From positions 37,757-101,756 of IMG/VR virus record IMGVR_UViG_3300002092_001378: a DNA stretch of 64,000 bases, one strand, 5' to 3'. Each line of letters opens with the position of its first letter. The stretch's first letter is position 1. Under the pieces are notes generated by a model that searched no databases, had not been told where the DNA came from, and saw nothing but the letters and a program-made list of their open reading frames with translations. A program made the translations under genes and the position numbers. Positions 29,633 to 38,917 of the stretch are shown piece by piece. This stretch comes from a virus.

Positions 29633-30987
29633 GAAGTAAAAAAGACAGTGAGTCATTTCTTGAATACAAGCAGCGTGTACTGGATACAAAGTCAGCGACA
29701 TTCTGTGGAGCCAAGTGGTACAATGCAACCATTTGGTTAGGCAGTGGCATGACTACAAGCTGTCATCATCCTCTTCCACATAAAGTAAGCGTTGAAGAAG
29801 TAACAGCTAATCCCATGGCGTTGCATAATACTACACAAAAGAAAATGGAACGTCTAATGATGCAGAAGGGGCAACGTCCCAGTGGCTGCGAGTACTGTTG
29901 GAAAATTGAAGATACTGGACCAACTGCCATCAGTGACAGGCCTTACAAGTCAATGATATATAGTGAAGAGGAACTTTGGTTCGCTAATGCTATTCCCAGC
30001 GACACGGATATTAATCTACGAACATTAGAGATAGCATTTGATCGCAATTGTAATTTTGCTTGTAGCTATTGCAATCCTGCTTTCTCAACAACCTGGGCAA
30101 AGGATATAAAACAAAATGGACCTTACACAAATCTTACTAGCGATGGTCGTAATCATTTTACTCACGATCATGGCAGTAGCCAGCTTTTTAAGGTGGGTGA
30201 GACTAATCCATATGGAGAGGCGTTCTTTACGTGGTGGGAAACAGACCTCAAGGACACCCTCACAGAGCTTCGGATAACAGGCGGCGAACCACTGATGTCA
30301 GCAGACTTATGGCGTCTGTTGGATTGGTTTAAGGCAAATAAAAGCAGGGTCAAGCTTGCCATTAACAGTAACCTGGGCGCAAAGAAAGAACTCATTGACA
30401 ATCTTATCGCAGCAAGTCATGACATTCCACACGTAGAACTCTATACCAGCTGCGAGGCAACCGGTGTTGCTACTGAATATATTCGGGACGGTATGGTGTG
30501 GCGAGACTGGGTTGATAATATCAACCGGTTGGTCGAAGAAGGCAACTTTAAAGCTCTTCATGTCATGTCTACAATTAATGGCCTTTGTTTGCCAACTATA
30601 ACTGAGTTTCTCGATATGATACTAGGCTGCAAGGAACGATATGGAAGAGATTGGCCAACCGTTACACTAAACATTCTACGTTTCCCCAGCTTTCAATCAC
30701 CGCTGGTATTACCACTGAGTTACCGTAAGAAGATAGTTGCAAGACTGCGTGACTGGTTTGCTAAAAATGGTGAAAGCAATCTACTGCACAACATGGAACG
30801 TGAACACATCATTAGACTAATCAATTATCTTGAATCAGTTGAATCACCACATGCAGGTGCAAGTCCCACTAGTGAACTTGAGCGGGACTTTAAAAAGTTC
30901 TACACACAGTATGATGCACGTCGCGATAAAGACTTTGAAAAAACATTTCCTGAACTGAAAGCATGGTATGGCAATATACAATTATAA
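29626..30987 (+). CDS. Radical SAM protein with N-terminal twitch-like domain (4 of 7)
   Basis: CGAKW...SCHH...CEYCW..E, CNFACSYC, TGGEP. Confidence 0.9.
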   Translation: MVRSKKDSESFLEYKQRVLDTKSATFCGAKWYNATIWLGSGMTTSCHHPLPHKVSVEEVTANPMALHNTTQKKMERLMMQKGQRPSGCEYCWKIEDTGPTAISDRPYKSMIYSEEELWFANAIPSDTDINLRTLEIAFDRNCNFACSYCNPAFSTTWAKDIKQNGPYTNLTSDGRNHFTHDHGSSQLFKVGETNPYGEAFFTWWETDLKDTLTELRITGGEPLMSADLWRLLDWFKANKSRVKLAINSNLGAKKELIDNLIAASHDIPHVELYTSCEATGVATEYIRDGMVWRDWVDNINRLVEEGNFKALHVMSTINGLCLPTITEFLDMILGCKERYGRDWPTVTLNILRFPSFQSPLVLPLSYRKKIVARLRDWFAKNGESNLLHNMEREHIIRLINYLESVESPHAGASPTSELERDFKKFYTQYDARRDKDFEKTFPELKAWYGNIQL

Positions 30988-32284
30988 CGGCAAAGAGCCA
31001 ATTAAAATCGCAGTGGAGGATCTAAGTGACAAACACCGCGATCTTATTTTTGAGAATAAGACATTCTGTATGTTGCCATGGATCCACTTACACAGTTTTC
31101 CCACTGGTGAAGCATATCCCTGCTGTAATACAGAAATGAAGAACACAATTGGCAACACCAGTCAACAAAGTCTCAATGACATTTGGCATGGTGCAGCAAT
31201 GCAGTCAGTACGTGCCAATATGCTGGCAGGTGAACCTGTAGCGGGATGTAGTCGTTGTTATGAGCAGGAGGAAGCAGGCTTCTTTAGTATGCGTCTCAGC
31301 AGTAACAAACACTTTGGGCATCACATTGCATTAACTGATAATCCCACTCCTGAAATGAAATTGGTATACTGGGATATACGTTTTAGTAATCTCTGTAACC
31401 TACGCTGTCGCAGTTGTGGTCACATCTTTAGTAGCAATTGGTATGACGATCAAGCTAAACTTGTGGAGATGGAACATGGCAGTGGCGACCATTGGAAGAA
31501 CAAGCACAAGCGTCTGTACTTTGCTGGCCGCAGTGAAGATGACATGTGGGATCAGTTAAAGGATCAAATTGATAACCTTGAGCAAGTATACTTTGCAGGT
31601 GGTGAACCATTGATCATGGAGGAACATTATCGTCTGTTGCATGAATTAATTAAGCGTGGCCGCACAGATGTTAGACTTATCTATAACACTAACTTTACCG
31701 AGATGCAGTACAAGAAGACAAACATTCTTGAACTCTGGAAGGAATTTAAAAGTGTCAGTGTTGGTGCAAGCTTGGATGCCATGGGTATGCGAGCAGAGTA
31801 TATACGCAAGAACTGTGACTGGCATCAAATTGAATCCAATAGAAGTGCAATGTTGGAAATATGTCCCAATGTTGATTTCTACATCAGTCCCACAGTTAGC
31901 ATAATGAATGCCTGGCATATCAGTGACTTTCATCGTGCATGGGTACAAATGGGATTTTTAAAACCACAGGACTTGAACATTAACATACTACAGGATCCTG
32001 CACATTATAGAATTGATGCATTTACCACACGCTTCAAGGAAGTAATTAAAGCCAAATGGGAAGATCATTTGACATGGTTACGTCCACTTGACAGTTTGAC
32101 AAGAGCAACGACCGGCTTTGAAAGTGCAATTAAGTTTATGATGGCTGATGACAAAAGTCATTTGCTACCACAATTTTTTGATCGTACCCGCAAGTTGGAT
32201 AAAATACGCAATGAGTCGCTAACAAGCGCAATACCGGAATTATATCATGAAGAAGTTATGTATACTGCCATGGGTCAGCGTTGA
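30968..32284 (+). CDS. Radical SAM protein with N-terminal twitch-like domain (5 of 7)
   Basis: CMLPW...PCC...CSRCY..E, CNLRCRSC, AGGEP. Confidence 0.9.
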   Translation: MAIYNYNGKEPIKIAVEDLSDKHRDLIFENKTFCMLPWIHLHSFPTGEAYPCCNTEMKNTIGNTSQQSLNDIWHGAAMQSVRANMLAGEPVAGCSRCYEQEEAGFFSMRLSSNKHFGHHIALTDNPTPEMKLVYWDIRFSNLCNLRCRSCGHIFSSNWYDDQAKLVEMEHGSGDHWKNKHKRLYFAGRSEDDMWDQLKDQIDNLEQVYFAGGEPLIMEEHYRLLHELIKRGRTDVRLIYNTNFTEMQYKKTNILELWKEFKSVSVGASLDAMGMRAEYIRKNCDWHQIESNRSAMLEICPNVDFYISPTVSIMNAWHISDFHRAWVQMGFLKPQDLNINILQDPAHYRIDAFTTRFKEVIKAKWEDHLTWLRPLDSLTRATTGFESAIKFMMADDKSHLLPQFFDRTRKLDKIRNESLTSAIPELYHEEVMYTAMGQR

Positions 32285-33428
32285 GACAACTCCAATTGGA
32301 GATGTTAAACCCTGTTGTTTAGCTAAGGAAGCAATACCCAATGTTGATCTTAATACATCAACATTGGAGTCAGCATTTGCCAGTGAATATATGCGTGATC
32401 TGCGTCAACAGTTTATCAATGGTGAACAGCCAAAAACATGTGATCGTTGCTGGGATGAGGAAGCTGCCGGCAGAACAAGTAAACGTATGAATAGCTTTCT
32501 ACGTCTCAGAGAAATGATGAAAACTGTTGATGTTGATTTTACGTCGACAGATGGTAAGTTAATCTTCTTGGATTTAAAGCTGGGTAACATCTGCAATCTA
32601 AAATGTCGTATATGTGGCAGCTTTAGCAGTAGCAAGTGGGCACAGGAAGAAATAGAAATACAAAAGGAATGGCCAGCGGATTATAAAAACAATTGGCCAC
32701 ATGATCATCTACGCAAGGGACAATGGCCACGTAAGAATCAGGACTTTTGGGATAACATGGATAAGTTATTACCATATATCCGTTACTTTGAATTTACAGG
32801 TGGTGAACCATTCCTAATCAGTGAGCATTTTGATCTATTGCGTCGTGCTGTTGAGCAGGGATATAGCAAGAACATTGAAATACATTACAACACTAATGCA
32901 ACTACCTTTCCTAAGGAGGGCGTAGAATTATGGCCCAACTTCAAATTGGTGGAGATTGCATTTAGTGTTGATGATGTTGGCGACAGGTTTGAGTATCAAA
33001 GGTTTGGTGCAAAGTGGCAGGAAGTCAATGACAACATCGCTAAGTTTCAGGAACTAAAGAGGAATAATGTAAACATCGTACTACAACATTGCCTTACTGT
33101 AAATGTGTTTAACATATACTATCTCAGAGAACTGTTTACATGGATGCAACAGCAGACATTTGACAGCACGTACTTTAACGTATTACATGATGCACCTTAC
33201 TTCAGTATTAAAAGTTTACCTGATGCTGCCAAACAAGAAATAATTGAGGTCTATCGCGATAACCCTTATTATAAAGAAGAAGTTGACAACTTAATTAGGT
33301 TTATGCAATTGGGCACAAGCACAGATGGCAGTGATCTAAAACGTCTTAGCGATGAAAGTGATAGACAGCGTAAGCAACATCTAAAGGATCATCATCCTGA
33401 ACTTGCTAGGGCTGTTGGTTATGAATGA
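32247..33428 (+). CDS. Radical SAM protein with N-terminal twitch-like domain (6 of 7)
   Basis: CILPW...PCC...CDRCW..E, CNLKCRIC, TGGEP. Confidence 0.9.
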   Translation: MKKLCILPWVSVETTPIGDVKPCCLAKEAIPNVDLNTSTLESAFASEYMRDLRQQFINGEQPKTCDRCWDEEAAGRTSKRMNSFLRLREMMKTVDVDFTSTDGKLIFLDLKLGNICNLKCRICGSFSSSKWAQEEIEIQKEWPADYKNNWPHDHLRKGQWPRKNQDFWDNMDKLLPYIRYFEFTGGEPFLISEHFDLLRRAVEQGYSKNIEIHYNTNATTFPKEGVELWPNFKLVEIAFSVDDVGDRFEYQRFGAKWQEVNDNIAKFQELKRNNVNIVLQHCLTVNVFNIYYLRELFTWMQQQTFDSTYFNVLHDAPYFSIKSLPDAAKQEIIEVYRDNPYYKEEVDNLIRFMQLGTSTDGSDLKRLSDESDRQRKQHLKDHHPELARAVGYE

Positions 33429-34713
33429 TTTTTGTCTTGCACCATGGACACACACTTATATTAGTCCTCAAGGTGAACGAAGACTCTGTTGCGCCAGTAG
33501 AGAACCCGCACAAAATTTCAAACAGTACATTGATACTGATGCGGGCACAGGTGCGTTTGCTCCACTCAGCTTAAAGTCATGGTGGAATGGCGAACACATT
33601 AGAACTATCCGCAGCAAGTGGCTAAGTGGTGAAGTTCCCGATGCCTGTGAAGTATGCGACAAGAAGTTGTTGAATACCAATGTCTATAAGGATTACTTTG
33701 GGCATTTGTTTGGCAATCTTAGACAACAGGCAATTGACACAACTGATCCACTGGGTTACACAACAATGGAACCCATTAGCTGGGATTATCGTTACAGCAA
33801 TGTCTGTAACTTCAAGTGTCGTATGTGTGGCGACATGCTTAGTAGTGCGTGGGAAAGTGAAGCTGTCAATAATCAAATGGTTGATTTAAACAATCCAAAA
33901 AACAATTGGTTAAGACAAGACAACAGACAATTGATTAAAGAATTTGTAAGTAATACAGTTGTGCCGGAATTTATGGATGCGGTGGAAGCAAAGACAATCC
34001 GTGAGATATATTGGGTTGGTGGTGAACCATTACTTTATTCAGAACACTGGCGAGCAATGGAACGCATAGTGGAATTAAATTATGCGGATCAAGTACGTGT
34101 GCGTTATAATACTAACCTAAGTCAAATTAACTATAAAAAAGGAAATCTTTATGACACCTTGGACAATTTCAGACACTGGGAAATATGCGCAAGTTTGGAC
34201 GGAACAGGAGGCATTGGTGAGTATATTCGTAGTGGCCTTGTTTATGATACTTGGCTTGAGAATTTTAGAGCTGGTATGGCACATCAGCGGTACCCTAATC
34301 AAATGCGTATTGACTTTACTCTCACTCTTCCTGGCCTGTGTGATATACCCAACATTGTTCGCCTTTCTAATGACCTCGAGTGTGGTCTTCTTAGTAAGTG
34401 TATCTTTAGTTTTAGCGGCGATATTCTCCTAAGCCCGCTCGCACTACCCAGAGATATTTTAATTCCTTGGATTGAAGAGATACAACACGAGATAAAGGAT
34501 ATAATTTCACCACGTACTCAAAGCATGTGGGATTTACTTGAACAATTAAAAACACGTCAAACATTCGAGGAACAATACAATGATCCTGCTGCTTTAAAAA
34601 GGGGCAAGGCTCATTTATTAAAGTTGGAATTAATACGTAAAGATGTTACACTGTCAATGAAGGACATATTGGCTGCATATAAGCCTGCTGTTGAATGGTG
34701 GAATAATATATGA
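33421..34713 (+). CDS. Radical SAM protein with N-terminal twitch-like domain (7 of 7)
   Basis: Start moved to ATG 33421. CLAPW...LCC...CEVC, CNFKCRMC, VGGEP. Confidence 0.9.
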   Translation: MNDFCLAPWTHTYISPQGERRLCCASREPAQNFKQYIDTDAGTGAFAPLSLKSWWNGEHIRTIRSKWLSGEVPDACEVCDKKLLNTNVYKDYFGHLFGNLRQQAIDTTDPLGYTTMEPISWDYRYSNVCNFKCRMCGDMLSSAWESEAVNNQMVDLNNPKNNWLRQDNRQLIKEFVSNTVVPEFMDAVEAKTIREIYWVGGEPLLYSEHWRAMERIVELNYADQVRVRYNTNLSQINYKKGNLYDTLDNFRHWEICASLDGTGGIGEYIRSGLVYDTWLENFRAGMAHQRYPNQMRIDFTLTLPGLCDIPNIVRLSNDLECGLLSKCIFSFSGDILLSPLALPRDILIPWIEEIQHEIKDIISPRTQSMWDLLEQLKTRQTFEEQYNDPAALKRGKAHLLKLELIRKDVTLSMKDILAAYKPAVEWWNNI

Positions 34714-35768
34714 TTACAATGACTCTGAGAGATCCTGTAACCAAGCGGGATCTATTGCCTGTTTATATTGAACCAAATGCAACTGAGCTTGCTGTTGATT
34801 GGCAAGTGGCATTATCCAAGGAACTAGCTAAGAATAGCCCACTGGAAAAGAACTTCTGTTGGCATGGCTGGGCCGATACACAACGAGATTTGCCTTATCT
34901 CTGTGAGCTATTGTGTCAACATATTAAAAGACTTAACGATAATCTTGAAGGTTATGAAAAGATAGATTATGTTGATGAGGATGAAATCTTCAAGAATCTT
35001 GAAATTAATCATGACATCATGAATAAGGTGCATAATCATTTTGAACATCTGCAGGGTACAGTAGACAATCTATCACCATATTACAAATCAGCACAGCCAG
35101 AACTAAAGTATAGTATAAGACAACTCAACAACATATGTCATGAGATTGAATCACTTTGTCTTAGCCTGCGTAAGAAAGCCACCGCCCCAGAGTGGCAACG
35201 CCCCAGTCAAATTACAACTTTTCTTAATGCCACACGATACATGTTAAACGATGAACATCGTAAAGGTTTTCTAACCAATGGGTATGATCGCAAGTTTGGT
35301 CATGTGTATATGCATTGGGCACAGATTGGTAAGACACTGTATGAAGTCTTTCGTGACGAGTGTGGCGCAGCAGTGCCTCATGTCATTTGTGATGCCATTA
35401 CTCATCTTGAATACTACAGTGGTGAATTTGATATTGAATGGGGACAGGATGTTGTATACGGTAACGCTCATCCCTGGCACACTAAGGAAATGGATAGTTT
35501 TAAATTGTGGTTGGAAACAAATGGATTTAAAATTGACGATACAAAACTAAGTTTGGGTTATTTGGAAATTGGCAAAGTTAATTTAATAAAATCATTTGGT
35601 ACAACTAACCGTGACAAGATCTGGCAGATGATGAGCAAACGTCTAGACATATACAGTATTGAGTGTATGAATACTCGCGCAGTATATGACTATTGTTGGA
35701 GTGACAATGATTACGAAAAACAGCAGATTAAATTCCTACTGCCAGGCTATATGAGTCATGTACGATAA
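34710..35768 (+). CDS. Hypothetical protein in the radical SAM operon
   Basis: 352 aa, ATGA-coupled. Contains HNHFE, CHEIE and WAQIGK. No family recognised. Confidence 0.7.
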   Translation: MITMTLRDPVTKRDLLPVYIEPNATELAVDWQVALSKELAKNSPLEKNFCWHGWADTQRDLPYLCELLCQHIKRLNDNLEGYEKIDYVDEDEIFKNLEINHDIMNKVHNHFEHLQGTVDNLSPYYKSAQPELKYSIRQLNNICHEIESLCLSLRKKATAPEWQRPSQITTFLNATRYMLNDEHRKGFLTNGYDRKFGHVYMHWAQIGKTLYEVFRDECGAAVPHVICDAITHLEYYSGEFDIEWGQDVVYGNAHPWHTKEMDSFKLWLETNGFKIDDTKLSLGYLEIGKVNLIKSFGTTNRDKIWQMMSKRLDIYSIECMNTRAVYDYCWSDNDYEKQQIKFLLPGYMSHVR

Positions 35769-37851
35769 GTTTTATCATAATGGTAACTTGGCAGAGACAT
35801 TAGAACATGCTAAACATGCACGAACAGAATTTGCATGGGTATTGCATCCTGATGTGGACTACAGCAACTTTGATTTGCGTTATGTTCCCAGTAAGTTTGA
35901 ATACAATCAAGCTCATGTTTGGAGCAGTCATAATAACGTAAACAGTCACACAACTTGGTTGGTGCCACGGCAATATACTGACATAAACTATCATGATCAA
36001 GTGTTGCCCATTGCCAATCCAATACCACGCATAACAGTTGAGGTTGCATCCAGTGATGTCATGCGACAACATGCAACTACTGAGTGGCAATGGATATGTG
36101 ACAGCAGAATAGATTACAGTGACTTTAACTTTGATTGGTTGCCTGACAGCAGTGAAAACAGTCTTGTGCATTGTTTTGAGGTAGCTGATAATATAGGGTA
36201 TACATGGCTTGTTAATAGCAACTGCACGGATATTCGTTATCATAAAAGCACTCTCAAATTTAAAGAATTGCCTCATACTGTTGCGTGGCCCAACTTTGCT
36301 TTCGAATCATTAACTGGAACAGATTGGAATGACAGTCTTGCCAATTGGCTATTAGCAGAAGACATAGAGTCTGAATGGGTATGGGTAATTGATACAAGAG
36401 TAGACTATACTAGGTTTGACTTTACTTGGTTACCTGCGGCTTGGGACACACAATACATTCACTGTTTTACTATGAAGGATAAAGAACAGTTAAGTTACAC
36501 ATGGCTTGTTAATACTGCAAGTCTTAAAGACAAACAGTACAAATTTGTTAAAAGCAATTTACGGTTTATTGATAGGCCTGACATTGTACTATTGGACATG
36601 GGACTCAACGCCAATTCACATGACTTTAAACAGTTTACCAAACGTCTAAGGTTTACTGGGACAATGGAAGCCATGTTACACAGTGCTGTTAAACGTGCGA
36701 CAACAGAGTGGTTGTTTGTTATTAGCAACTGCTGCGACTACTGGAAATTTGATTTTAATTGGTTGCCTGATTTGGATCAAATTAACCACACACATTGTTG
36801 GCCCAGTAACGATCAATTAAAAGGTGATACATTCCTTATACACGTTCCCAGCTATATGCAAACACGGGAGTTTAGATTTAACTTCGATCATGACAGTGTG
36901 CTTAGATTACCCTGGCCACCACACGTATATGAAGAGGATAGTTTAGCTGCGGCAATGAATAGTCATCTTCGTTCAGCTAGTCTTTATGTTGTTTATTATA
37001 AACGTGATTCAATAATAAAGAAATTTCCCACACCTTGTCTATGGGAGAATAGGCCTGTTATTGGTATGAATGCGGGAAACAGTGTAAGCCTAGTACCACG
37101 TGATTGTGTAGTAAAGGACGAGGTATATGAATATCCCCACCTTGAAAATTATACTGACTGTGCAGATCATGATGGTTTAGATGTTATATTCATACATAAC
37201 GGTGAGAAGGATGCGGGTGTTAATCTGGCGCACTGTAGTATCAAGACACCGCATAATATGTCATTTAAAATTAGTAATGGGGTTAATGGCAGATTAAAAG
37301 CTTATCAAGCTGCTGCTAACATGAGTAATACAGCGTGGTTTCTTGCAGTGTTTGCCAAGTGTCATATGAAAGATGATTACGCAAACTTTGATTGGCGACC
37401 TGATTACTGGCAAAAACCCAAGCATTATATCTTCCATAATCACAACTTGGATCTTGAACTGACATATGGTCACATGGCTCCCATTGCGTATAACAAACAA
37501 TTAATGCTGGAAAATACCGGCGGACTTGACATGACACTTGCGCAGGAACATGCTGTTATACCCATTGTGTTAAGTGACACTTATTTGACTGATCCCTGGG
37601 ATATATGGCGTACTGCTTTCCGTGAGACAGTTAAACTCATGTACTATGCCAAGACAGATGAAAGCATTGAGCTAAAGTATAGATTGCACACCTGGCTAAA
37701 CGCTGAACAAACCTGGTACAAAAATGGTGCGCAGGATGCCAGAGATTTCTTTGAGAGTGTGGATGGTGACTGGGGTTGGATCATGGTAACCAATGAGTGG
37801 TCGTGGCTCCGCAAGAGATTTAATGCGTTGTATCCTACAGTCCAGCTTTAA
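35758..37851 (+). CDS. Multi-repeat glycosyltransferase-like protein
   Basis: Four EW.W....DY..F.F.W.P repeats, plus a C-terminal domain similar to 25426..26355 (DVIFI, GVNG...AYQAAA, YGH, WRTAFRE.VKL). Confidence 0.65.
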   Translation: MYDKFYHNGNLAETLEHAKHARTEFAWVLHPDVDYSNFDLRYVPSKFEYNQAHVWSSHNNVNSHTTWLVPRQYTDINYHDQVLPIANPIPRITVEVASSDVMRQHATTEWQWICDSRIDYSDFNFDWLPDSSENSLVHCFEVADNIGYTWLVNSNCTDIRYHKSTLKFKELPHTVAWPNFAFESLTGTDWNDSLANWLLAEDIESEWVWVIDTRVDYTRFDFTWLPAAWDTQYIHCFTMKDKEQLSYTWLVNTASLKDKQYKFVKSNLRFIDRPDIVLLDMGLNANSHDFKQFTKRLRFTGTMEAMLHSAVKRATTEWLFVISNCCDYWKFDFNWLPDLDQINHTHCWPSNDQLKGDTFLIHVPSYMQTREFRFNFDHDSVLRLPWPPHVYEEDSLAAAMNSHLRSASLYVVYYKRDSIIKKFPTPCLWENRPVIGMNAGNSVSLVPRDCVVKDEVYEYPHLENYTDCADHDGLDVIFIHNGEKDAGVNLAHCSIKTPHNMSFKISNGVNGRLKAYQAAANMSNTAWFLAVFAKCHMKDDYANFDWRPDYWQKPKHYIFHNHNLDLELTYGHMAPIAYNKQLMLENTGGLDMTLAQEHAVIPIVLSDTYLTDPWDIWRTAFRETVKLMYYAKTDESIELKYRLHTWLNAEQTWYKNGAQDARDFFESVDGDWGWIMVTNEWSWLRKRFNALYPTVQL

Positions 37852-38917
37852 CTGTCATAACTACTTTTTCAACATCATCGTCGGATAAATGCCAATGATT
37901 GGGAAGACTAATACAACGTCCAGCAAGTTGTGATGCCCGTGGTGCGAAATCAGTGTCAGTTTTATAAGCATCATAATGATGTATGGGCATGGGGTAATGG
38001 CTGGCAAATTCAATATTTGCAATACCCAGCATTAGTTTAACCATGTCTGGATTCTTGGGTGCAATTACAAATACATAATTTGTACTGGTGCAATGATCAA
38101 CACGTTCTGGCATCTCCACTAAATCTTTCAGTTCGTGTCTATAATACCAACTGATCTCAGACTTGCGTAATTGTCCGTCATCATATACTTTGTATTTGAC
38201 GTTTAATATTGCAGCTTGTAATGCATCAATTCTACAGTTTAATCCTGGCTCAATGACATTGTTATTTTGTTTGCCCTGTGTACATACACTATACATTTCT
38301 TCATATGAGTAATTCTTGCTGACTATTGCGCCAGCATTTCCCATTGCGCCAAGGTTCTTAAGTGGGTTAAAGCTTAATGCCAAACTATCACAGTAATCAA
38401 TTTGATGATAATAGTCGTACATTATCTCAAAGCTTTGTGCAGCGTCAACAATAAGTTTAACATTGTAATGATCGCACATCTTCTTGAATCGTGATATTTC
38501 TACACCCTGACCATAAAGGTCCACGACAATTACTGCTGATATATTTGGTATCTTATCCAAGTAATCCATAAGCATTGAATAGTCCATAAGCCAATGTTCA
38601 TCTATGTCAATACAAATGGGAACACATCCAGCGGCGACAACAGCATTGGCAGTAGCCACATATGTCATTGCTGGTATAGCAACAAAACTACCCAGTGGAA
38701 GTTTTGCTAATTTTAAGGCAACAGTAAGCGCACTTGTGCCACTGTTAGTTGCCACACAAGCAGCCCTATCATATAGACGACTGACAAGACTTTCAAACTT
38801 TGCAACGGATTCATTGGCAAAGTATTGTCCACTACTGGCAACCTCAACCATTGTGCGTCTAAGTTCAGCTTGTTGATCCAGAAACTGTTCTTCAAGATTA
38901 TAAAATTTAATAGACAT
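37835..38917 (-). CDS. DegT/DnrJ/EryC1/StrS family PLP-dependent sugar aminotransferase
   Basis: Start moved to ATG 38917. NSGTSAL, TYVATANA, VDLYG, DAAQS, SFNPLKNLGAMGNAG. Ends in TAG. Confidence 0.92.
   Translation of the reverse strand: MSIKFYNLEEQFLDQQAELRRTMVEVASSGQYFANESVAKFESLVSRLYDRAACVATNSGTSALTVALKLAKLPLGSFVAIPAMTYVATANAVVAAGCVPICIDIDEHWLMDYSMLMDYLDKIPNISAVIVVDLYGQGVEISRFKKMCDHYNVKLIVDAAQSFEIMYDYYHQIDYCDSLALSFNPLKNLGAMGNAGAIVSKNYSYEEMYSVCTQGKQNNNVIEPGLNCRIDALQAAILNVKYKVYDDGQLRKSEISWYYRHELKDLVEMPERVDHCTSTNYVFVIAPKNPDMVKLMLGIANIEFASHYPMPIHHYDAYKTDTDFAPRASQLAGRCISLPNHWHLSDDDVEKVVMTVKAGL

Noticed and set aside
26327-34713. Radical SAM genes as pyrrolysine biosynthesis (PylB) to match the tRNA
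   Set aside because: They carry twitch-like auxiliary Cys domains, unlike BioB/HydE-like PylB, and no PylC, PylD or PylS was recognised.
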